Shown: positions 35,840 to 45,506, counted from the stretch's first letter. The stretch is DNA of 64,000 nucleotides from Candidatus Micrarchaeota archaeon (GCA_964419095.1 CAYQOG010000001.1:15759-79758); one strand, 5' to 3'. The notes: a model not told the origin generated them from the letters alone. A program made the numbers and translations.

Positions 35840-38800
35840 ATGTCGCTATTATCGGCAATACTAATCGGCTTCCTATCAATCATAGTGCCTGGGTTTTTCG
35901 TCTCCCTGGCATTGCTAAGGAGGACCAAATTCGGCCTTTTTGAGATAACGGTCATAGGCTTCATACTGGGCATGATCCTTGTCCCGATGGCCGTGTGGCT
36001 CGAGTCATACCTGATAAACGTCTCCCCGGTCTTCTCGTTCTCGGCAGGACTCTACAACGCAAACGTAGTGGCCATAACAATAATCGGGATAATATTCTGC
36101 TTCAGGCAGGGCGCATTCAAGGATCTTGGCGTCAGCCTCTCCGCGGGAATGCGGAACCGCTCGCCAGCGCAGGAGAGCAAGGCAATAGAGACTGATTACA
36201 GGAAAAGGCTCTCCGAGCTCCGCGTCACAATCTCAAGGCTCAAGGTGGACATGAAGCTGCTGAAGCAGCACGAGCAGGAGGAGCTTGACCTCGCAAGGCG
36301 CCATGAGGAGGAGATGCAGGCGCTCAAGAGCGCAGGGCCAGAGGAGAAGAACGCGGTGATGGCGCAGCACAGTAACCAGGAAAGAAGGCTCTTCGAGGAG
36401 CACGAGCGCGAGGAGAGGATGCTGCTCCGCACTGCAACCACCCCATCCGCGCCGATTACACAGAATGCATTCAAGCTCAACTGGATATGGCTCTTCGTCC
36501 TCGGGCTCATGGCAGCGACATTCGTTACGAGGTTCGCAAGCATAACCGCAGCGCCCAGGTATTTTGAATTCGACCCGTATTTCGACATGGTCAGCACCCA
36601 ATACATAATCACATACGGATACCAGCTCTACCTTGACACATCCGCATGGCCCAGCGCGGTCAACGGAACGAACCACAGGGCAGAACCGCTGATACCTTAC
36701 ATCGAGGCATATTGGTATGACATATCAGCGCCGCAGCACCAGACCACGCTTGCGGGACCTATCGCGCCTTCCCTTGGAAGCCCTGTACCACTTTCTACAG
36801 GAACCGCCTCGTCACAGGCTCCGCCAAACACGAATCTTCTCAGCCTGGTCAGCAGCTATTATCCTCCTATCGCAGCGGCACTTCTTGTATTCGTCGTATT
36901 TATCCTTCTCTACCATCTTTACGGAGACTTCCCCGCAATAATAGGCGCGGTGCTGGCAGCTGCAATGCCGACTCTGATAAGCACCTTCATAGCAGGAGAG
37001 CAGCTCCTCGAACCTTTCGGAATACTGCTCCTCTTCTTCTTCCTCGCCACGTATCTGATGGCGACAGAGAATCCCAATGAAAAGAGATACGCGATACTCG
37101 CAGGCCTCGCCTTTGCATCAAACTTCCTCGGCGCGCAATACTACACTGTGCCTGCAGGAGTCCTCGCAGTATACATACTTGCACAGGGCCTATTCAACGT
37201 GCTCAAGCAGAGGCCGATGCGCGACTTCTACATAATGAACATAATAGTCATCGCCGTATTCACAATCATATTCGCACTCTACATCCCATACGCGGCAACG
37301 CTCCAGAACAGAATACCGAGCTACTTCGGCGTGCCGACAATAGTGAGCTTCCCAGTGGCCGCGCTCCTGATAGTCGCGGCGTTCGAGTACATACCGTTGC
37401 TCGCAAAGGAGTACAAGATCGTTGACATCAAGACGGACCTGAAAACCTATCTTATCTGGCTGGCGCTCCTCGCGGTCATACTGACAGGACTCATATTCAC
37501 TACCCCGCTCGGCAAGCCTGTCGACGCATATCTCACGCTGAGCAAGCATTTCACGACTCCTTCCTCGCCGCTCTTCATGACCGTCCAGGAGTACGCCCCC
37601 ACCGGCCTCACCTTCGACTTCGGCGCGAATGGCTTCGGGCTGATTGCACAGAGCATAGCGGGATTCCCGCTGATACTCTGGATTGTGCTGATACTTTTCG
37701 TGGCCATAGAGCTTTACGCCATATTCATGAAGAACTCGCAGTCAGGGATCATGGTCCTCGCATTCGTGATACCTCTCGCATTTGCAGGAATGTCCGAGGT
37801 AAAGTACCTGCCCCATTTCGGCGTAGCGTACATAATAGCCATAGGCGTCATCTTCGGAGAGCTCTTCATATACCTCAGGGATCGTGGGGCGTCAAACACG
37901 CAGCTCTGGCTCCTATATGGCTTCGGAAGCCTCATAGTGATGGCCGAATTCGTCTCGTATATCGGACTTGGAGTGCTTCCCGCAGCGCTAAACCAGAACT
38001 GCAATGCAATAGCCACGGCGGGAAACAATGTAGGCGCCGACCTCTACTGCAACACCCTGCCTACGTACTGGTTGGATGCAACGGCATGGATGCGCGCAAA
38101 CGTCGGCCCTTACGGCCCTAGGATACTCTCATGGTGGGACTATGGCGACTGGATCAACTGGTTCGGCAACAGCAACGCCGTGCTCAGGGGAGACAACGCC
38201 GTGCCGCAGGCCGATTACAACACCGCAGCCAATTTCGTGCTGGGAAACGCCAGCGGATACGGCCCCGCCAGGCTCGCATCGTTCATGGACATTTCACAGG
38301 CAAAATACGTCCTTTTCGACGACCAGCTGGTTCCGAAGTGGGGCGCGCTGGACTTCCTCGCATGCATAGATACCAATCAAACCACCCAGGCATACGCAAC
38401 GGCGCAGGGCAAGCTCTACAACCAGAGCTTCATACTCGGCACATCTCCTTGCGAGGTAGCGCACGACCCTGCCGAGCTTCTGGTTCCCTCAAACGTCACC
38501 AGCGTCAATGAGTTCTGCTCGTTCTCCAATTCGACTACGAGCAACGCAACTGCGCTTCAGAGCATAGTGATAATCGGACAGGCATCCGCGAACCTCACGT
38601 ACTGCCTGCCCACCGCATTCCTGCAGACCGGGAACCCCACAAGGCTGCTCTACCAGAACGGCACCAAGTCAAATGCAGTGGTAACCACGAACCTCTATGA
38701 GGGAAGCTTCAGGACATCCCCAGGCCAGTCTTTCTACACGTTCGTGCTCATCTACCTGCCGAACGGGCCCAACGGTACCATAACTGACGCGCCGTCGCAG

Positions 38801-39007
38801 TTCTACAACTCCAACTACTACCGCGGCTACTTCCTCGGCAAGCTGCCGGGATTCACGCTCGCGTACCCGGGCAACTTCACCGGAGTCAATTACGTAAACT
38901 CGACAAGCAAGATAATGATCTTCTCGCTCAACAACTTCACAGGAAGCCTGCCCAAGGTGCTCCCGAAGCCCAAGTACGTCAACAACAGCTATGTGATGCC
39001 CGGCTGA
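35840..39007 (+). CDS. aglB: Archaeal oligosaccharyltransferase AglB (STT3 family) with an extra N-terminal module
   Basis: EL1 motif FEFDPYFDM, multi-TM core, WWDYGDWI (WWDYG) motif, and a large sequon-rich C-terminal domain. Residues 1-210 add 3 TMs plus a charged coiled coil. Confidence 0.9.
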   Translation: MSLLSAILIGFLSIIVPGFFVSLALLRRTKFGLFEITVIGFILGMILVPMAVWLESYLINVSPVFSFSAGLYNANVVAITIIGIIFCFRQGAFKDLGVSLSAGMRNRSPAQESKAIETDYRKRLSELRVTISRLKVDMKLLKQHEQEELDLARRHEEEMQALKSAGPEEKNAVMAQHSNQERRLFEEHEREERMLLRTATTPSAPITQNAFKLNWIWLFVLGLMAATFVTRFASITAAPRYFEFDPYFDMVSTQYIITYGYQLYLDTSAWPSAVNGTNHRAEPLIPYIEAYWYDISAPQHQTTLAGPIAPSLGSPVPLSTGTASSQAPPNTNLLSLVSSYYPPIAAALLVFVVFILLYHLYGDFPAIIGAVLAAAMPTLISTFIAGEQLLEPFGILLLFFFLATYLMATENPNEKRYAILAGLAFASNFLGAQYYTVPAGVLAVYILAQGLFNVLKQRPMRDFYIMNIIVIAVFTIIFALYIPYAATLQNRIPSYFGVPTIVSFPVAALLIVAAFEYIPLLAKEYKIVDIKTDLKTYLIWLALLAVILTGLIFTTPLGKPVDAYLTLSKHFTTPSSPLFMTVQEYAPTGLTFDFGANGFGLIAQSIAGFPLILWIVLILFVAIELYAIFMKNSQSGIMVLAFVIPLAFAGMSEVKYLPHFGVAYIIAIGVIFGELFIYLRDRGASNTQLWLLYGFGSLIVMAEFVSYIGLGVLPAALNQNCNAIATAGNNVGADLYCNTLPTYWLDATAWMRANVGPYGPRILSWWDYGDWINWFGNSNAVLRGDNAVPQADYNTAANFVLGNASGYGPARLASFMDISQAKYVLFDDQLVPKWGALDFLACIDTNQTTQAYATAQGKLYNQSFILGTSPCEVAHDPAELLVPSNVTSVNEFCSFSNSTTSNATALQSIVIIGQASANLTYCLPTAFLQTGNPTRLLYQNGTKSNAVVTTNLYEGSFRTSPGQSFYTFVLIYLPNGPNGTITDAPSQFYNSNYYRGYFLGKLPGFTLAYPGNFTGVNYVNSTSKIMIFSLNNFTGSLPKVLPKPKYVNNSYVMPG

Positions 39008-39041
39008 TCTCTCTTCTGTCTCTAAGCCAAAGGATGATCGA

Positions 39042-40187
39042 ATGAAGATGCTGCTGGTTCAGCCTTATCTGAACCTAATGGGAGGGGTGGACCGCGTCAT
39101 ACTACAGATAGCAAAGCATTACGACGCGAAGATACTCACCCTTGAGTACGACAAGAAGGCCGCATTCCCCGAATTCTCAAAGCTCGACATAGAGGTCATC
39201 AAGAAAAAGGACGGAGTATCCAATCTCCTTCCATACAGGGCTTCGCAGGGCTTCAGGTATGGCTACAACTTCTACAGGATGCGGGTAAAGGAGGATTACG
39301 ATGTGCTCAATCCGCACATCTCCCCGAGCGAATGGATCAGGCAGAGGAACGAGCGCGTGCTCTGGTACTGCCACACCCCTCCCAGGGAGGTATACGATCT
39401 CTATTCCGTCCGCATGCATGGCAGGTCCACACATGACAAGCTCATCTACGCCGCGATGGTCAAGACCTACAAGTTCATAGCCGGGAGAGTAGTCAAGAAG
39501 ATAGAGGAGATAGCCACGAACAGCAGCGTCACCGAGGAGAGGATAGGGAAATACTTCAATAGAAATGCCACGGTCATAAACCCGGGAATAGACGCAAAGG
39601 AATACTGCAACAAGGGCGACGAGAGATTCTTCTTCTACCCGTCGAGGATAGTGCCAAACAAGAGGCAGGATTACGTAATAGACGCTTTCAAGCAGTTCGC
39701 AAGGAAATCGAAGGACAGCAGGCAGAAACTGGTTCTTGCAGGGGCCTTGTCAAATGATCCGGAGCACAAGGCATACCTCGAGAAGCTGAAATCTGCCGCG
39801 AAAGGCCACAATGTCGAGATAATGACCAATGTTCCCGATTCAACGCTCAACAGGCTCTATTCAAGATGCACGGCCGTGATGTTCGCCGCGATAAACGAGG
39901 ATTACGGCTTCATACCGCTCGAGGCGATGGCAAGCTCCAAGCCCACAGTCTCTGTAAACGAGGGAGGGCCGAGGGAAACCATACTCGAAGGAAAGACGGG
40001 ATACCTTGTCAACTCGCCGCAGATGATGGCCACGCGCATGAAGCTGATAACGGAGCATCCTGACCTCGCCGCAAAGCTGGGCAGGGAAGGGAGAAGGAGG
40101 GTCGAGCGCGATTATACTTGGGAGAGCTTCTTCGGGAAGTTCGACAAGGTCGCAAGGAAGGTAAGCAAGTCAGGCACGCAGAAATAA
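39042..40187 (+). CDS. Glycosyltransferase, GT4 (group 1) family
   Basis: C-terminal GT-B signature EDYGFIPLEAMASSKPTVSVNEGGPRETI..GKTGYLV. Confidence 0.85.
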   Translation: MKMLLVQPYLNLMGGVDRVILQIAKHYDAKILTLEYDKKAAFPEFSKLDIEVIKKKDGVSNLLPYRASQGFRYGYNFYRMRVKEDYDVLNPHISPSEWIRQRNERVLWYCHTPPREVYDLYSVRMHGRSTHDKLIYAAMVKTYKFIAGRVVKKIEEIATNSSVTEERIGKYFNRNATVINPGIDAKEYCNKGDERFFFYPSRIVPNKRQDYVIDAFKQFARKSKDSRQKLVLAGALSNDPEHKAYLEKLKSAAKGHNVEIMTNVPDSTLNRLYSRCTAVMFAAINEDYGFIPLEAMASSKPTVSVNEGGPRETILEGKTGYLVNSPQMMATRMKLITEHPDLAAKLGREGRRRVERDYTWESFFGKFDKVARKVSKSGTQK

Positions 40188-40205
40188 AAACGTCTGGTTC
40201 GGAGT

Positions 40206-41429
40206 ATGCCTATGGCAAAAAGAAGGCATGCGTTTTCGGCGCTCGCAGTGGCGCTTTTCATGGCATCTGGTCTCGTCTCGGCCCAATGGATCCAGACAAG
40301 CGCATACCCAATAAACGTTACAGACCAGCAGTGCTTCACCTACTCCGGATTCATCTACTGCATGGGCGGAGGGACATTCCTGTCTTATACCACCGCCTCT
40401 TACTCAACCCAGCTTGGCAATCCCGGACTTGGATACTGGAACCAGGTCGGCAGCTACCCTGCTCCGGTGACCGGGCAGAGCTGCGTTTATTACTCCGGAG
40501 GCGTTTATTGCATAGGAGGATACAACAGGACACAGTTCTCGAATCAGACTTACACCGCCTTGTTTGTCAACGGCGGCATATCGGCATGGAGGGCTCTCGC
40601 GCAGTACCCTGCGGTCGTATCGGGACTGGGATGCGCGTCATCGGGAAATTATATCATATGTGCGGGAGGCGCGAACGCATATTCGCAGCCTACCGACTCA
40701 GTGTACATGACCCAGATATCCGGAAACGTGCTTATAGCTCCAGGCGCGCTTGAGGAATCTTTCGTATGGGCTCCTGAACCTCAGTACCCGATCAACGTGA
40801 GCGGCGCATCATGCGTAGGATACGGCAATAGCATCTACTGCATGGGAGGCAGCACCGGCTCGAATTACACAAATGCAACATATTCCGCTTCGGCAAGCCC
40901 GCAGGGCCTATCCCAATGGACCGTTTCAACAAGATATCCTGTGGCTGCTGGAGGCATGAGCTGCACAGTCTATCAGGGATATGTCACCTGCACCGGAGGG
41001 AATGACAACTCCGGATATCTCAACGAGACCTTCTTCGCGCCTCTCGGACCCGCGGGAATAGGACTTTGGTCGCGCTCATCCGATTATCCTGTCCAGGCAA
41101 CCGGAATGGGATGCGCTACCGCGCAAGGGCTGATGTACTGCATAGGAGGATACGACGGCTTCGGCTACGTCAACTCGACTTACTACCTGCATCTCAATTT
41201 CGAATCCGCTCCTACCACCGCTGTGCAGGTGGCTCCGAATCCCTCAAACCTCGGATCAGGCAGCACAACTACTATAACATCGAATGCGGGAGGCGGAAGC
41301 GGCGCCAATTATGCCATTTATATTGCAATTGCAGCGCTGGTCCTCGTCGCAATAATGGCATATTTCTATGTTTCGCGCCAGGCAAAATCCAAGAACCAGA
41401 GAGTCTCAGACGGCTCCTCTCAACCTTGA
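40206..41429 (+). CDS. Secreted six-bladed Kelch-repeat protein with C-terminal TM anchor
   Basis: Signal peptide (FSALAVALFMASGLVSAQ). Six repeats each ending YCMGG/YCIGG/ICAGG/YCMGG/TCTGG/YCIGG. Many N-x-S/T sequons. C-terminal TM IYIAIAALVLVAIMAYFYV. Confidence 0.75.
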   Translation: MPMAKRRHAFSALAVALFMASGLVSAQWIQTSAYPINVTDQQCFTYSGFIYCMGGGTFLSYTTASYSTQLGNPGLGYWNQVGSYPAPVTGQSCVYYSGGVYCIGGYNRTQFSNQTYTALFVNGGISAWRALAQYPAVVSGLGCASSGNYIICAGGANAYSQPTDSVYMTQISGNVLIAPGALEESFVWAPEPQYPINVSGASCVGYGNSIYCMGGSTGSNYTNATYSASASPQGLSQWTVSTRYPVAAGGMSCTVYQGYVTCTGGNDNSGYLNETFFAPLGPAGIGLWSRSSDYPVQATGMGCATAQGLMYCIGGYDGFGYVNSTYYLHLNFESAPTTAVQVAPNPSNLGSGSTTTITSNAGGGSGANYAIYIAIAALVLVAIMAYFYVSRQAKSKNQRVSDGSSQP

Positions 41430-41831
41430 GCTCTTGTGCCTCGATTCGCCTTTCGCAAGGCCTATCCTGACTATCCTTGCATTTATTCCATAGGTCCTGA
41501 GGTTGCCTTTCAGCCTAGGTACGTCTACGCGCTGGTCATATCCCAGCGCAATGACATCCGGTTTGTATCTCTTGAGCACAGCATAGATGCCGTTCTTGTC
41601 CTTGATCTTGTTTCCGAGCACCGCAAGGTCGACCGGCTTGAGCGCGCCTATCATGCGCACCCTTTCCTTCTCGTTGAATACGGGCTTCCTGTGCTTGAAC
41701 ATCCTTATGCTCGAATCCCGTGCGACAATGACGATAAGCCTGTTCCCAAGCGCCTTCGCCTTCTCAAGGTAGGTGAGATGGCCCGGATGCACTATGTCAA
41801 AAGAGCCGAACCCAAGAACCGTTTTTTTCAT
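41406..41831 (-). CDS. ribL: FAD synthase (FMN adenylyltransferase), archaeal RibL type
   Basis: MKKTVLGFGSFDIVHPGHLTYLEKAKALGNRLIVIVARD...RKP...ERVRMIGALKPVD closely follows the MJ1179/RibL pattern. The ORF is open to 41870; ATG 41831 preferred. Confidence 0.85.
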   Translation of the reverse strand: MKKTVLGFGSFDIVHPGHLTYLEKAKALGNRLIVIVARDSSIRMFKHRKPVFNEKERVRMIGALKPVDLAVLGNKIKDKNGIYAVLKRYKPDVIALGYDQRVDVPRLKGNLRTYGINARIVRIGLAKGESRHKSSRLRGAV

Positions 41832-41841
41832 AATTTCACCC

Positions 41842-42477
41842 TTAGTAGGGGTTGTCAAGATCTCCTGCATCTGCAGGCTTTTTATACCTCTTTACGAAAT
41901 TCGAGACCGTTGCTCTTGTATGGTTGTCGTATGCCTTAAGGTAGCCCCTCAATTTGCCTGGCTTTGTCACCTTGAGCAGTTCCGCGTAATCCTGTATCGA
42001 CATTCTGCTCTTATAATAAAAGAGGTCAATCAACGTCTTCTCCGGATCCGAAACAGGCACAACTACGTCTCCATATTTCACATCCTCAAAGCCAAAATAG
42101 TATTTCCTCGGAATGTGATGCAGCACCAATCTGCTATCGCCTCTGTAAATTCCGATAAAGGATTTCTTTACGGGTCTCGTTGTCATAACCTCCATTTTTA
42201 CCTGATCGTCTATCAGGTCCCGTATCATCAATGCCGCCAATCCTCCATAATAAAACGGGGTAAAGGCAAAACCCGCAAACTCATCTCTTTTGTGAAGGCT
42301 GAACACGCCCTTCATAACTTTATATACCCTGCGCTGCTTTGCCATTCTTGAGAGCGTCACTCTAATGATTCTGTCGTCCGTGCTCTTATTTTTTTCTGAC
42401 AGCAGAACTCTGACGTCATTTAGAGTGAATGTCTTGAAATCCCTGAACGCATCCGTTATCCTATCCCCTAACTTCAT
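41842..42477 (-). CDS. AbiEi-like (COG5340-type) putative antitoxin / transcriptional regulator
   Basis: N-terminal wHTH (FTLNDVRVLL...RVTLSRMAKQRRVYKVMKGVF) and a C-terminal segment VPVSDPEKTLIDLFYY typical of AbiEi. Overlaps the upstream NTase gene by 17 nt. Confidence 0.6.
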   Translation of the reverse strand: MKLGDRITDAFRDFKTFTLNDVRVLLSEKNKSTDDRIIRVTLSRMAKQRRVYKVMKGVFSLHKRDEFAGFAFTPFYYGGLAALMIRDLIDDQVKMEVMTTRPVKKSFIGIYRGDSRLVLHHIPRKYYFGFEDVKYGDVVVPVSDPEKTLIDLFYYKSRMSIQDYAELLKVTKPGKLRGYLKAYDNHTRATVSNFVKRYKKPADAGDLDNPY

Positions 42478-43138
42478 CCAACCACCTTTCCAATATGCCT
42501 ATCATGTCTTTGAAACTTGGCGCAGCGCCGCTTAGGATCAGCTGCCTAAGGTCCTTTTCATTCTTTGGAGGTCTGTCCTTTATTTTTGTAAGGAAAGCGT
42601 CAATTTTCCTGCATATCTCTTTTGAAGGTTTGCCAATCTTGTCTTTGAGGACCATTATGTCATACAGGTCGTGTATCTCTTCAGCTCCATTAACATATTT
42701 GCTGAGATAAGTATCTATCTTCTCAACAAGCAGTTCTCCTGGACCCAGGGCAAGTATCATCTTCCTTGATCCATCTACGCGCATGTATTCCACAGCATGG
42801 CCATCAGCCTTCCCGAATGTTATATCGAATTTCCCCGTAGTGCCATTGCCCCTGAATATTATGTGCAGTGTATTGGTTTTGTTGTTATACTTTTCCTCTC
42901 TTACCGGATAGTCGTTTTCTACAAGTAATTCGTGAATCTCCTTCTGGAGCCTGCTTTCTTCCGAGGCATCGAGATTACTATAGAAATCCAAATCTCGCGA
43001 AAACCTGTTTCCGCCATAGCAACGCCAGACTGCTGTTCCTCCATGCATTACAAAGGCATCGTAATTCTTCACCAGAAGGTCAAGCGCGTCGTCTTCAAGC
43101 ACGGCTCTATTCCTCTGAACCGCATCTAATATCTCCAT
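42461..43138 (-). CDS. AbiEii/AbiGii-family nucleotidyltransferase (type IV toxin-like, DUF1814)
   Basis: HGGTAVWRCYGGNRFSRDLDFY matches the GGTAL..YG..RFSxDLDF NTase signature. ~225 aa. Confidence 0.8.
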   Translation of the reverse strand: MEILDAVQRNRAVLEDDALDLLVKNYDAFVMHGGTAVWRCYGGNRFSRDLDFYSNLDASEESRLQKEIHELLVENDYPVREEKYNNKTNTLHIIFRGNGTTGKFDITFGKADGHAVEYMRVDGSRKMILALGPGELLVEKIDTYLSKYVNGAEEIHDLYDIMVLKDKIGKPSKEICRKIDAFLTKIKDRPPKNEKDLRQLILSGAAPSFKDMIGILERWLDEVRG

Positions 43139-43144
43139 ATTTTA

Positions 43145-43190
43145 CAACACCTTATAGTTAACTATTACGTTAACAATAAGTATTTATACA
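43145..43190 (-). promoter_or_regulatory. Putative promoter/operator of the abiE-like pair
   Basis: Minus strand reads gTATAAATAc, then two GTTAAC palindromes 6 nt apart (43157-43162 and 43169-43174), then the SD AAGGTG, then ATG 43138. Confidence 0.35.
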
Positions 43191-43199
43191 CCTATGCTA

Positions 43200-43806
43200 G
43201 CAGTAACTTTTTCGGCCATGCCAAATGCCAGAACTATCTTTATCATTACTTCGCTGGCCAAAGTGCATGTATTGGAGGATCCCCACCTAACATTCAGGTA
43301 TGGGCGACTGCAGGAGGCTCATGGACGCAGGTTTCTCCAGCTTCTGAGGCCCTAAGTCCGAACACCTGGTACAATGTAATATGGTACTATACCTCTTCAG
43401 GCGGCGGATATCATGTATAAACGGCGTTTCGCAAGGCGGCGCAACAGGAAGCGGATCCCTGTTTGCGGGAAGTACCCCGCTTATTATAAGTGGTTTTCCT
43501 ACCGCAGTCTTGCTTGCTGACCTACAGATCTACAACACCTCTCTCCCTGCAAACGAGGCACAGGCACTTTATCAGGAAGGAATAGGAGGCGCGCCTATCA
43601 ATCCAGCGTATGCAGTCGGATGGCGGCAGCTCAACGGAAATCCCAACGACTACTCTGGAAACCTGAATAATGGGGTCTCCACAAACGTCGCGTATACAAC
43701 GTCTGGGCATCTGGGTATTCTGCACCTTGAGCCTCTCGCCTGCCAGGTCGAGAGGTCGGTAATGTATAAATATGTTTCTATGCCATATATTATCACGTAT
43801 TATTAG
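43200..43806 (+). pseudogene. 5'-truncated, frameshifted fragment of a LamG/concanavalin-like domain surface protein
   Basis: One frame reads ...IQVWATAGGSWTQVSPASEALSPNTWYNVIWYYTSSGGGYHV*. The next frame continues INGVSQGGATGSGSLFAGSTPLIISGF...LADLQIYNTSLPANEAQALYQEGIGG (the LamG_3 pattern). No start codon or signal peptide. Confidence 0.55.
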
Positions 43807-43859
43807 GTCGTAAATTAAGCTTTTACGACTGTCAATTTTCTAATTAAATAGGTGAAGAA

Positions 43860-45506
43860 ATGGCTGAGAATCAACTAGGACAGCAGTACATGATACTGCC
43901 TGAAGGAGCATCAAGGCTCATAGGCAAAGAGGCGCAGAGAACGAACATAGCGGTAGGCTACGCTGTAGCAAGCATAGTAAGGACTACGCTCGGACCCAAG
44001 GGCATGGACAAGATGCTCGTAAGCGAGCTCGGTGACCTCGTAATCACGAACGACGGGGCAACCATACTCGAAGAGATGAACGTTGAGCACCCGATCGCCA
44101 AGATACTCGTTGACGTTGCAAAGACCCAGGACAAGGAAGTGGGCGACGGAACGACCTCTGCCGTGATAATCGCGGGAGACCTTCTAAGGAATGCGGGGCA
44201 GCTGCTCGACCAGGGAGTCCCTCCGGCCGCGATAATAAAAGGATACGAGATGGCGCAGGAGAAGTCAAAGGGCTTCCTGCAGGCTGTTGCAAACACAATA
44301 TCGATAAAGGACCAGGAGAAGCTCCTAAACATCGCATCGGTCTCAATCGGATCGAAGAACGTGGGCAGCGACCAGACAAAGAAGTACCTTACAAAGCTTG
44401 CGCTGCAGGCAATCGAGCAGGTCGCAGTCAACGCAAACGGCAAGGTGACGATAGACAAGGATTTCATCAAGCTTGAGAAGAAGGAGGGCGGCGCAGTGGA
44501 GAATACGGAATTCATAAACGGAGTCCTTATCGACAAGGAGGTAACGCACCCGGGCATGCCGAAGCTTGTAAAGAATGCCAACATAGCCCTGCTTGACGTG
44601 GCTCTGGAAATAGAGAAGACGGAGGTGGACGCCAAGATAGAGATAACATCGCCGGACCAGATGCAGGCTTTCCTGAACCAGGAAGAGAAGATGCTCAAGG
44701 ACATGGTCGAGAAGATAGTCAAGAGCAAGGCCACCGTGGTATTCATACAGAAGGGCATAGACGACGTGGCGCAGCACTACCTCTCAAAGGCAGGCATAAT
44801 GGCGATAAGGAGAGTAAAGAAGAGCGATATTGAGAAGCTGGCAAAGGCAACCGGCGCAAGGCTTGTAACGAGCCTAGACGACCTCTCGCAGAAAGACCTG
44901 GGCTTTGCAGGGCAGGTTGAAGAGAAGAAAGTGGGAGGGGAGTCGATGGTCTTCGTGGAGAAGTGCAAGGACCCAAAGAGCGTCACGATATTCGTAAGGG
45001 CCGGAACAAAGCAGGCCGCGGACGAAGTGGAGAGGGCTCTCACTGACGTGATCGGATCCCTCACGACAACCGTCCAGGACGGGAAATACGTAATGGGCGG
45101 GGGAAGCACGGAAGTTGAGATGGCCATGAAGCTCCGCGACTACGCTACTGACGTGGGCGGAAGGGAGCAGCTCGCCATAACCGCATTCGCGGACGCGCTT
45201 GAAGTGATACCAAAGACACTCGCAGAGAGCTGCGGAATGGACCCGATAGACACGCTTGTCCAACTGAGAAGCAAGCACAAGCTCAAGGACGGCAAGGTCT
45301 ACGGAGTCGACGTATTCAAGAATGTCATAGGAGACATGGACAAGCTCGGAATAATCGAGCCGCTAAAGGTCAAATCGCAGGCTATATCGAGCGCAACTGA
45401 GGCCGCAGCCTCAATCCTGAGAATAGACGACATGATTAGCTCGAAGGGCAAGGGCGGCGGCGGAGGCCAGGGAGGGATGCCCCCTGGCGGAATGGGAGAA
45501 GACTGA
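43860..45506 (+). CDS. ths: Thermosome subunit (group II chaperonin)
   Basis: TLGPKGMDKML, ITNDGATIL, GDGTTSAVI, VMGGGSTE, and a GGM-type C-terminal tail. Confidence 0.96.
   Translation: MAENQLGQQYMILPEGASRLIGKEAQRTNIAVGYAVASIVRTTLGPKGMDKMLVSELGDLVITNDGATILEEMNVEHPIAKILVDVAKTQDKEVGDGTTSAVIIAGDLLRNAGQLLDQGVPPAAIIKGYEMAQEKSKGFLQAVANTISIKDQEKLLNIASVSIGSKNVGSDQTKKYLTKLALQAIEQVAVNANGKVTIDKDFIKLEKKEGGAVENTEFINGVLIDKEVTHPGMPKLVKNANIALLDVALEIEKTEVDAKIEITSPDQMQAFLNQEEKMLKDMVEKIVKSKATVVFIQKGIDDVAQHYLSKAGIMAIRRVKKSDIEKLAKATGARLVTSLDDLSQKDLGFAGQVEEKKVGGESMVFVEKCKDPKSVTIFVRAGTKQAADEVERALTDVIGSLTTTVQDGKYVMGGGSTEVEMAMKLRDYATDVGGREQLAITAFADALEVIPKTLAESCGMDPIDTLVQLRSKHKLKDGKVYGVDVFKNVIGDMDKLGIIEPLKVKSQAISSATEAAASILRIDDMISSKGKGGGGGQGGMPPGGMGED

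Noticed and set aside
40118-40753. 211-aa alternative-frame ORF overlapping the GT4 3' end and the Kelch gene.
   Set aside because: Arg-rich out-of-frame read of the Kelch gene, whose own frame has six clear repeats.
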